The notes beneath the pieces are model-generated. The model was not told the origin of the DNA. It was given only the letters and a program-made list of their open reading frames with translations, and searched no databases. From assembly GCA_964474445.1 (NCBI GenBank), contig CAYYSJ010000007.1:3112-67111 (forward strand): DNA of 64,000 bases, read 5' to 3'. The stretch's first letter is position 1. Each line of letters starts with the position of its first letter. The translations under genes were made by a program, and so were the position numbers. The DNA is from an uncultured Gammaproteobacteria bacterium (GTDB lineage Bacteria > Patescibacteriota > Microgenomatia > Levybacterales > UBA12049). Below, one piece after another: positions 1 to 8,293 of this stretch.

Positions 1-354
1 AGCAGGTTGGGTCAGAAAGTAACTTAACAAGTGTTGCTTGCAGATAAAACCTTTTACTATCTGCGAGGTCGTTTTGGAATTTTTCTCTATCATTTTGCTT
101 CAACATAATTTCTTAATTGCGCAACTATTTAATAGTAGAGCAAGACTTTATGTCTGTCAAGAGAACATTTCGTCTACATATTGACCTATACGACTTGAAT
201 GTATTACCTAATTTTGTCTGCAAAATTTGATAGCTCTCCAGTTCACCCACTGCTGTTATCCTCTCCGTCGCAAAGTTTGAATCATGGAGCAGTCTTAAGC
301 GACGATAAACTTATAAAAGCTCTCAAAGAGGGAGAGAAAGACCTAGACAAATAG

Positions 355-1104
355 CTAGATTTTCTTTGCGATAATAGTGAGGAAAAGAGGAAATTCAGAA
401 CGTGCCCTATTTTCCATTTTAGCAGCTTTCCCAAGACTTTCTTTCTCTGATACCCATTCTTCCAAATCTTCAATAACAAAACTGTTGTCTTTCAATGCTT
501 TTGTGTAAAAAGACAGTGGATAATGAAAAGACCATGTTACCTCAGAGCTTTTTTCTCCCGGATGCATAGTTATAGGAATTTTAAGAGGTGAGAGATAAAG
601 GTTTTCATACCGATACTGTAATTTGTTTTCTCCCATTCCCCATCCTGATTGACGAGGAATTCTGAAGGAAGGGTGATTAAGAACAATCACAAATTTTCCA
701 TTCTGCACGAGATGTTCGGAAGCATTTCGTATGGCATTTTGTGGAAATTCCATATTTTGTAAAGACAACATAGCAACAGCGTGGGTAAAATCTTTTTCTG
801 AAATACTCATGCGCTTGGTGGCATCTGCAAAAACAAAAGTGTGTTTTGTATTTCTATCTTTGCTTTTTGCAGAATCAATAAGGCTTTTCGCCAAATCTAT
901 TCCAACATATGGAATATTCTGGTCTATTGAGCGAGCTAATATACCTTGTCCACAGCCTATATCCAAAAGTCTGCTGTGAGAATCTAATCCTAATAAACGC
1001 AGTACTCTAGGCAAGACAACAGACTGATGATAATAATGGCCTTTGTCACCAACAATCTTGTTGTACCACTTCCCTGATTTATTCCAAGAGGTATCCTTCT
1101 TCAT
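355..1104 (-). CDS. Class I SAM-dependent methyltransferase
   Basis: 249-aa ORF with glycine-rich SAM-binding motif 'LLDIGCGQGILA' followed by an acidic 'VGIDL' motif, the typical Rossmann methyltransferase layout. Confidence 0.75.
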   Translation of the reverse strand: MKKDTSWNKSGKWYNKIVGDKGHYYHQSVVLPRVLRLLGLDSHSRLLDIGCGQGILARSIDQNIPYVGIDLAKSLIDSAKSKDRNTKHTFVFADATKRMSISEKDFTHAVAMLSLQNMEFPQNAIRNASEHLVQNGKFVIVLNHPSFRIPRQSGWGMGENKLQYRYENLYLSPLKIPITMHPGEKSSEVTWSFHYPLSFYTKALKDNSFVIEDLEEWVSEKESLGKAAKMENRARSEFPLFLTIIAKKI

Positions 1105-1257
1105 AATACTTGTATTCTCTCAAACAATTTAACACTATAGCAAGAGAACAATTACGTATATAGTATTTTTCTTACAAACTTCTTTCAAGATAATACGGTT
1201 TCTGCTTACAAATTTCACCCTTGAACCATCGTACTCTTCTGTTATACTAGCCTCATT

Positions 1258-3072
1258 ATGTCAGCTTCAAACCCGTTACACCACCTTCCCGACCCATTTG
1301 ATGATATTAAAAAAGTGGATATGGGACATTGTTTTAGCGCTAGTAATAGCAATTTGTATGCAAGTGCAGAATTTGGGAGAGATGCAAGGCAACTTGCTGT
1401 TGATGCCCTTATTTTCGATCCCACTATTACCAAACGTGTTGTTATGTCATTGGTAAAACACCAGGCATGGAAACGCAATGATATCACAGAAGCACAACCG
1501 GGGAAATTTCATCATGAACATCGAGAGCTTTTTATTAATGGCCAAAAGATTCCTGAACATTCAGAAAAAATTCTCAGAGAATTATCTGCAAAATGGGGAG
1601 GAACTGATGAAAAAGTTACTTACTATGGAAGTTCTGATATTACTCCTGATGTAGTTAGCCTTATCGCAGAGCTTGCAAAGCAAGACCTTGCTATTTTAAA
1701 GGAAAAAGTTATCAATCACGACAGGAAGAAAAAAATTAGTATTAAAGATAGTGCTCGCCATGGGATTCAGTGGGTCATGGATAGGATTGTCTTTGGTCCA
1801 ACCGTTACGCCACATAATAATATTGTCCAAAAATTCTTGGAGAAAAACCATCTGACGCAATTTGTTCCGACATATCACAATTACGTTTTGCGAAACATTG
1901 ATTGGATGAATCAAAAAATCACCACTGTTGGACAACAGCTTCGACTGCCTCTCTCTCAAAAAAAGAAACGAGTCAAATTACTTGAATTCCAACGTATCAA
2001 TCAACAAGGTATAACGTATCAAGGATGGATGGACGGAGGAACTTCCCTTATCCACTCCTCAAAAGAGATGCAAGGAATTCTTGCAGACTACAGGCAACCG
2101 ATTGCAACCATTGAAATGCAAGGATCTGCAATTGATGCACTTGAAAAAGCTGCATTTCTTTTCCCTAAAAAGGGCAAACATTTTAGAAAATTGGCTGATG
2201 AAGTTCGTGCAAACGTTATCAAACACTTTTGGATGGAAGACAAACAGTTTTTTGCAATGGGAACTGACAGAGAAAACAAAGGAGCACTGAGAAAAATTGA
2301 CACACTCGGAGCAAATGTCGGCGAACTCCTTAACTCTACATTTTTTGATACGATGCTTTTGCATGAAAAACAAAAGTACATCTCAGCAATTTTAACAATG
2401 CTTTTTAGTGATGAATTTCTTACAGACGCAGGTCTTCGTACACGGGCTAAATCTTCTGCTCACCTCACAGACATGTCTGAGAATAAGAATCAACCAAATT
2501 CTCCTTTGGATTATTGGGATTATCAAGGAGCAGAAACATCCTGGATTGTTCAAACAGGAAGAATTGCTGAAGGTCTTCGCATGCAAGGGTTCTACAATTT
2601 GGCGGAGCAATTAGATAACAGAATAGTAAATACCGTCAATCTCTGCAATTTTAATTTGGAATATGTCTATGTTGGAGCAAGAGGACAGTTGGAAAATGTT
2701 GTTGCGTACAAGACAGTTTCAAAGCAAACAATGTATCCACGATCAAAAAATCTTGATGTTGTTACGATCTCTGCAACAAATGTTCCAGAAGCAACGCAAA
2801 CGTGGACTGCATCACGAGTTGCAACAATATTGCATAGGAAAAGCCATCCAGAACTTACTGGACAGACAGAAAAAGAATCTTGGCAGGATAAACTTGAGCA
2901 AACAATCCTTGCTGATTTGAAACAAAAAGGAGCATTTCTTCCGATTTTTGATGCAGAAAAAGTTTTGACACTTCGGGAAACTGCGCCATTATTCGTTGTT
3001 GATCAAGAGAAAGGCAGAAAATTGGAAGAAGACATAAAGGCACATTCTAAAAACTTTTACCTGAATTACTAA
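1258..3072 (+). CDS. Glycogen debranching enzyme-like glycoside hydrolase (amylo-alpha-1,6-glucosidase / GDE_C-type (alpha/alpha)6 barrel)
   Basis: 604-aa ORF. Shares blocks with the 16914..18599 paralog ('KLLEFQRINQQG', 'YPIATIEMQG..DAL', 'HFWMEDKQFFAMGTDREN', 'NSTFFD', 'FLTDAGLRTR', 'DYWDYQG'), the pattern of archaeal/bacterial-type GDE-like hydrolases. Confidence 0.6.
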   Translation: MSASNPLHHLPDPFDDIKKVDMGHCFSASNSNLYASAEFGRDARQLAVDALIFDPTITKRVVMSLVKHQAWKRNDITEAQPGKFHHEHRELFINGQKIPEHSEKILRELSAKWGGTDEKVTYYGSSDITPDVVSLIAELAKQDLAILKEKVINHDRKKKISIKDSARHGIQWVMDRIVFGPTVTPHNNIVQKFLEKNHLTQFVPTYHNYVLRNIDWMNQKITTVGQQLRLPLSQKKKRVKLLEFQRINQQGITYQGWMDGGTSLIHSSKEMQGILADYRQPIATIEMQGSAIDALEKAAFLFPKKGKHFRKLADEVRANVIKHFWMEDKQFFAMGTDRENKGALRKIDTLGANVGELLNSTFFDTMLLHEKQKYISAILTMLFSDEFLTDAGLRTRAKSSAHLTDMSENKNQPNSPLDYWDYQGAETSWIVQTGRIAEGLRMQGFYNLAEQLDNRIVNTVNLCNFNLEYVYVGARGQLENVVAYKTVSKQTMYPRSKNLDVVTISATNVPEATQTWTASRVATILHRKSHPELTGQTEKESWQDKLEQTILADLKQKGAFLPIFDAEKVLTLRETAPLFVVDQEKGRKLEEDIKAHSKNFYLNY

Positions 3073-3109
3073 GGAACGAAATTTCTGAAGAAGCACCTGT
3101 CTTTTACTG

Positions 3110-5479
3110 TTATGCAGAGATAGGATGGCTCACGACTCGGCCTGCTGGTTCTTTATCTTCTACTTTTTGAGCTTTCAAAGGCTTCACTAGCGCAACCGGT
3201 AACACCTCATCCATATGTCCTACAAAGACAAACTTTAAGTCATTAATAACTTCCTTTGGTAACTCTTCCAAATCCTTCTCATTTTCCTTTGGCAAAATAA
3301 CAGTCTTGATACCTGCTCTATGCGCAGCGATCACTTTTTCCTTTACCCCACCAATTTCTAGTGCTCTTCCTCGAAGTGTTACTTCACCGGTCATTGCAAC
3401 TGTTCGTTTGACTGGAATTTTTGTCAGTGCTGAAATAATTGCTGTTGTAATAGCAAGCCCTGCAGATGGACCATCCTTTGGTACTGCTCCTTCTGGAACA
3501 TGGACATGAATATCTGTTTTCTGGAAGGTTTTATCTGGAATACCAAACAGATTTGCACGAGAGCGAATATATGAAAGCGCAGCTTGAGCTGATTCTTTCA
3601 TGACATCACCCAACTGACCAGTCAGAATAAGTCCACCTTTTCCTGGCATCAAAGCAACTTCGATAAAGAGGATGTCTCCACCTGCTTCTGTCCAGGCCAT
3701 ACCAGTTGACATACCAACTTCATCTTTCTTCTCAATAAGATTCTCACTGAAGACAATTGGACCTAAGTACTTCGTTACTGTTTTATCTGTAACAATTGTT
3801 TTCTCAGGGGTCCCTTCAGCAACTTCTTTTGCTACTTTTCGATAGATTGCTGCAAGCCTTCGTTCTAAGTTACGTACTCCAGCCTCTCTTGTATAATGCT
3901 GAATGACAAATTTCACCGCATCATCAGTAATCTCTATTTGGTTTTCTTTGAGTCCATTTGCCTCAACGAGTTTCTTGAATAAGAAGTTCTTTGCAATTTT
4001 GAATTTTTCATCTTGTGTGTATCCTGCAAAGTTAATGATTTCAAGTCTATCCCTCAAAGCTGGCGGAATAGTATCTAAAACATTTGCCGTGGTAATAAAC
4101 ATCACATCAGATAAGTTAAATGGAACTTCCAAATAATGATCCGAAAATCCATGATTTTGTTCCGGATCTAATGCTTCTAACAATGCTGCAGTTGGATCTC
4201 CGCGGAAATCTGCACCAACTTTATCAATTTCATCAAGCATGAAGACAGGGTTCTTAGTTCTAGCATCTTTAATGCCCTGAATAATTCGACCTGGCATTGC
4301 TCCAACATATGTCCGTCTGTGTCCTCGAATTTCTGCCTCGTCACGGATACCTCCAAGAGATACTTTCACAAACTTTCGACCTAATGCTTTTGCAATTGAT
4401 TTTCCAATAGATGTTTTCCCAACACCAGGAGGCCCTGCAAAACAAAGAATTGGTCCTTTCATCTTGCCAGATAATTTTCTCACTGCTAGGTACTCAACAA
4501 TTCGTTCTTTTGCTTTCTTCAGACCAAAGTGCTCTTCATCTAAAATTTTCTCAGCGAGTTTAATATTAACATTATCTTTACTCTCTTGACTCCATGGCAA
4601 GTCTACTAACCATTCAACATAATTTCTAATATACCCTGCTTCTGGATTGAATTGATTCATTTGCCCAAGCTTTTTCACTTCTTTCTTTGCTTTTTCCTCT
4701 ACTTCCTCAGGCATTCCTGCTTTTTTAATCTTATCCAGTAACTCTTTCACTTCACCTGCATCATCTGTCTCTTGTCCTAATTCTTTTTCAATTGTCTTGA
4801 GTCTCTCTCTGAGTATTGCTTGTCTTGCGCCTTTTTCAAATTGTTCTTGAGTCTTGGATGCAATTCTTCTTTCAAGCTCGAGGATTTTAATCTCTCTTGA
4901 AAGCAGATCAGCAATTTTTTCAAGTCTTTCCTTTACATTGGTCATTTCTAATATATGTTGTCGCTCTTGTGGTTTTAGATCCAGTGCAGAAGCAACTAAA
5001 TCAGCAAGTTCTGAAGGAGAATTATCAGACATAATATTCATAAAGACGAGAAAGTCTGAAGACTTTCCTAAATTCATCGCTCTACGAAATTCGTTTGTAA
5101 TATGATTGCATAATGCTCGTACTTCTGGAGTATCTTCAACAACATCAGGAAGCTCTACAACATGTGCAAGAAGATATGCATCATGTTCTTCATAAGAAAC
5201 AATTTTGATACGAGTAAGTCCTCTCACTTGCGCGTTAATTTCACCATTTGTACGAATCATTCGCTCAATTCGTGAGAGTGTTCCAATTTCAAAAAGATCT
5301 TCTGTTGAGGGATCATTAATTCGTGCGTTTTTTTGTAGTACAAAACAGACAATACGTTCATTTTGGAAAGAGGATTCAAGTGCTGCTAAACTCTTCTGCC
5401 TTCCGAAAGTGAGGACTGCATCGGTATTGGGGAATATAATACCATCTCTAATTGGAATTACGGGTACTAATTTGTCCAT
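3110..5479 (-). CDS. lon: ATP-dependent Lon protease (La)
   Basis: 789 aa. N-terminal LON substrate-binding domain, AAA+ Walker A 'GPPGVGKTS', Walker B 'FMLDEIDK', C-terminal protease motif 'PKDGPSAG' with catalytic Ser. Confidence 0.95.
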   Translation of the reverse strand: MDKLVPVIPIRDGIIFPNTDAVLTFGRQKSLAALESSFQNERIVCFVLQKNARINDPSTEDLFEIGTLSRIERMIRTNGEINAQVRGLTRIKIVSYEEHDAYLLAHVVELPDVVEDTPEVRALCNHITNEFRRAMNLGKSSDFLVFMNIMSDNSPSELADLVASALDLKPQERQHILEMTNVKERLEKIADLLSREIKILELERRIASKTQEQFEKGARQAILRERLKTIEKELGQETDDAGEVKELLDKIKKAGMPEEVEEKAKKEVKKLGQMNQFNPEAGYIRNYVEWLVDLPWSQESKDNVNIKLAEKILDEEHFGLKKAKERIVEYLAVRKLSGKMKGPILCFAGPPGVGKTSIGKSIAKALGRKFVKVSLGGIRDEAEIRGHRRTYVGAMPGRIIQGIKDARTKNPVFMLDEIDKVGADFRGDPTAALLEALDPEQNHGFSDHYLEVPFNLSDVMFITTANVLDTIPPALRDRLEIINFAGYTQDEKFKIAKNFLFKKLVEANGLKENQIEITDDAVKFVIQHYTREAGVRNLERRLAAIYRKVAKEVAEGTPEKTIVTDKTVTKYLGPIVFSENLIEKKDEVGMSTGMAWTEAGGDILFIEVALMPGKGGLILTGQLGDVMKESAQAALSYIRSRANLFGIPDKTFQKTDIHVHVPEGAVPKDGPSAGLAITTAIISALTKIPVKRTVAMTGEVTLRGRALEIGGVKEKVIAAHRAGIKTVILPKENEKDLEELPKEVINDLKFVFVGHMDEVLPVALVKPLKAQKVEDKEPAGRVVSHPISA

Positions 5480-5656
5480 AAATATTTACCTATTTAGCAC
5501 TCTATCAGACATGTTGCTAACTGTCAACCCCCAAAAATACTCTAATCCCTCCTTATCCTCGTAAGAAAATACTATAACTGTATAATACAACTGAACTTAT
5601 GCAAATACGCCAATTTTTTTTCATTGTTCACACTAATAACGAACCTCTTTCTCTGG

Positions 5657-5686
5657 TTGACAGCCTCAATCTGACAGACCTACAAT
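5657..5686 (+). promoter_or_regulatory. Putative sigma70 promoter for the MgtE_N/CBS-Nramp gene pair
   Basis: TTGACA (5657-5662), 18-nt spacer, TACAAT (5681-5686); AGGAAG RBS 5688-5693 ahead of ATG 5696. Confidence 0.4.
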
Positions 5687-5695
5687 TAGGAAGCC

Positions 5696-6877
5696 ATGAT
5701 CTATTTAAGCCAACTTCTTAACAAACCAATTTACCAAAATGGCAAGCCTTTTGGAAAAATTGTTGACCTTGCAATCTTTGAGAATAGGCCAAATCCTCCT
5801 GTTTCAAAAGTAGAAATTAAACACGGTACAGAAAAATTGACCGTCTCCCCCCAAGCACTTACGTTGATGAATAATCATATTTCTTTGCCTGCACAACATA
5901 TTCCTATGCTTCCCTATGATCATAAGGATTTCTATCTCGTTGAAGATTTACTCGATAAACAGGTTATTGATACGGATGGGAGAAGATTGGTTCGAGTTAA
6001 TGATGTAATCCTTGAAAAGAACGGAGAATTTAAGGTGGTCGGCATTGATATTGGTTTTGCAGGTGTACTGAGGCGTTTAGGGTTAGGTATGTTTGCACAT
6101 CAAACGACAGTACTTCCCTGGAATGTTATTGAAGCATTTGATTATCAAACAGGAGATGTCAGAATAAAAATAAAACAAAGCAGTCTGAATACCCTCCACC
6201 CTGCTGATCTTGCAAATATTCTTGAGGATGCAGGAACAAAAGAGCGGATAGGAATTGTTGAAGCACTAGATGCAAAGCAAGCGGCAAGAGCCCTGGAAGA
6301 AGCAGATGAGGAGACACAAGTCTCAATTCTTGAAAACCTGAAGCCAGAGACAATAAAAGATGTTGTCAATAAAATGCATATTGCAGAAATCGCAGATGTC
6401 TTCAAAGACCTGAATCCCTCGAAGGCAAAAGAAGTCCAAAACGCATTAGGTACTGAAAGAACCCAAAAAGTGACTAAATTGCTCTCGTTCTCAGATGATG
6501 TTGCGGGAGGAATGATGCACTTAGGTTTTTTCCAAGCAGAAAGTAGTAAGACAGTAAAAGAAGTTATTAAGGAAATGGAAAATCAAGCAAATGTTCCAGA
6601 AACGATTATTGTTACAAATGAAGGCGGAAAAATAGCAGGAGTTATTAACACGAAAGAACTTCTTATCGCAGACAAATTGTCACTACTGGAGGATAATATT
6701 TCTGATAAAAAATTTGTATTCCCGGATACTCCCTTAGACGATATTATTGAGCTTTTTGCACAATACAACCTCCGAGTTGTTCCTGTTGTTGATCAAGAGA
6801 AAAAACCTGTTGGTATTATCCTTATTGATGATATTCTTAAAATAGTTGAAGAGGAAAATAGAAATGAAGACCTTTAA
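5696..6877 (+). CDS. Cytosolic PRC-barrel + MgtE_N + CBS-pair protein (MgtE-type Mg2+ sensor module with no membrane domain)
   Basis: 393 aa. N-terminal PRC-barrel-like region. The central helical block 'LEDAGTKERIGIVEALDAKQAARALEEADEETQVSILENLKPETIKDVVNKMHIAEIADVFKDL' matches the MgtE N-domain pattern. A C-terminal tandem CBS pair follows. The protein ends with no TM helices. Its 3' end overlaps the start of the Nramp-like gene by 32 nt. Confidence 0.7.
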   Translation: MIYLSQLLNKPIYQNGKPFGKIVDLAIFENRPNPPVSKVEIKHGTEKLTVSPQALTLMNNHISLPAQHIPMLPYDHKDFYLVEDLLDKQVIDTDGRRLVRVNDVILEKNGEFKVVGIDIGFAGVLRRLGLGMFAHQTTVLPWNVIEAFDYQTGDVRIKIKQSSLNTLHPADLANILEDAGTKERIGIVEALDAKQAARALEEADEETQVSILENLKPETIKDVVNKMHIAEIADVFKDLNPSKAKEVQNALGTERTQKVTKLLSFSDDVAGGMMHLGFFQAESSKTVKEVIKEMENQANVPETIIVTNEGGKIAGVINTKELLIADKLSLLEDNISDKKFVFPDTPLDDIIELFAQYNLRVVPVVDQEKKPVGIILIDDILKIVEEENRNEDL

Positions 6878-8102
6878 GAACGTATTTATCCGAATTCTTC
6901 CTCTTCTTGCAATCATTGGGCCTGGAATTATTTCCGGATCTGTCGATAATGATGCAGGAGGGATTACAACCTATTCTCTTGCAGGGGCTTCTTTTGGCTA
7001 CACCCAATTATGGGTATTAACAATTACAACGTTTTGTCTGATTATCACTCAAGAAATTGGCGCACGAATGGGACTTGTCACAGGAAAAGGATTGTCTTCA
7101 TTAATCCGTGAAAAATTTGGTGTGCGGTGGACAACATTTATTATGGGAGTTCTTCTTGCTGCAAATATTGGGACAATTGCTGCAGAATTTGCTGGAATTG
7201 CTGCTGCCTTGGAAATATTCCATATCAGCAAATTAATATCTGTTCCTATTGCAGCTGTTATTATTTATGCTCTTATGTTGAAAGGTAATTTTAAAAGACT
7301 AGAGAGAGTTTTTCTTGTCGCTTCCGCATTTTATCTTGTTTATATTGTTTCTGCTGTTCTTGCCAAACCTGATTGGGGTCTTTCTTTTAAAAGCCTTGTT
7401 GTCCCAACAATACAATTAAATAAAGGATATTTCCTTACCATGATTGCTGTTATTGGAACAACGATCACACCATGGGGGCAATTCTTTATTCAGGACTATG
7501 TGGTAGATAAAAAACTGAGTAAAGATGATTTATCTATTGAGCGAGGAGATGTCATGGTTGGCTCAATACTCACCAACGTTATTTCTTACTTTATTATTAT
7601 TGCGTGTGCTGCAACAATTTTTAGTCACGGTTTGGCTATAAATGATGCAAAAGATGCGGCAATTGCTCTTCAACCACTTGCCGGACATCTGGCTAGTTTT
7701 CTTTTTGCTTTTGGACTTTTGAACGCTTCCATTTTCGGTGCTGCATTAGTGCCAATTTCAACGTCCTATGTTGTCAGTGAAGCTTTTGGATTTGAATCAG
7801 GGCTTAATTTTAGTTTTGAAGAAGCACCTCAATTCTATGGATTATTTGCATTTCTACTGATAATGGGAAGTCTACTCGTTATTCTTCCGTTTGTTCCCCT
7901 CTTAACAATTCTTTTTGTTTCACAGGCAATTAATGCAGTTCTTCTTCTCCCAATTCTTATTTTTGTATACATTCTCTCGAACGATAAAAAATTACTTGGA
8001 GTATATGCAAATAATAGGATTGTTAATATTATTGTTTTGATCACCTTTTTTGGAATTGCAATTGCTTCAATTATTTACTTTGCCACACAGTTTATTCATT
8101 AA
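6846..8102 (+). CDS. Nramp-family transporter, NRMT-like (non-canonical metal site)
   Basis: 418 aa, about 11 TM helices. TM1 reads 'GPGIISGSVDNDAGGITTYSLAGASFGY', aligning to Nramp 'GPGFL..IDPGN..AGA' with DPGN replaced by DNDAGG. TM6 reads 'GTTITPW' in place of canonical 'GAxxMPH'. Confidence 0.75.
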   Translation: MKRKIEMKTFKNVFIRILPLLAIIGPGIISGSVDNDAGGITTYSLAGASFGYTQLWVLTITTFCLIITQEIGARMGLVTGKGLSSLIREKFGVRWTTFIMGVLLAANIGTIAAEFAGIAAALEIFHISKLISVPIAAVIIYALMLKGNFKRLERVFLVASAFYLVYIVSAVLAKPDWGLSFKSLVVPTIQLNKGYFLTMIAVIGTTITPWGQFFIQDYVVDKKLSKDDLSIERGDVMVGSILTNVISYFIIIACAATIFSHGLAINDAKDAAIALQPLAGHLASFLFAFGLLNASIFGAALVPISTSYVVSEAFGFESGLNFSFEEAPQFYGLFAFLLIMGSLLVILPFVPLLTILFVSQAINAVLLLPILIFVYILSNDKKLLGVYANNRIVNIIVLITFFGIAIASIIYFATQFIH

Positions 8103-8293
8103 GAAGTTTATTATCTTTGTTGTAACTTTTTCAATAGATACACTTTCAGTTTTATATAATCCTTACACTCTGTTTCAAGATATATGTAAGAATAAAGAGA
8201 TATTTTTCATCTTCTTCTTACAAAGATTACCTGTAATTTTTATCTTTATCATTTATTCTCCTCATTATATTTGCTCCCCTGACCCCCAAGATT

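Noticed and set aside
1-354. Possible partial gene at the left edge of the window
   Set aside because: No frame gives a long ORF or a recognisable motif. The region is downstream of the minus-strand methyltransferase, so I treated it as non-coding or an unresolved edge.
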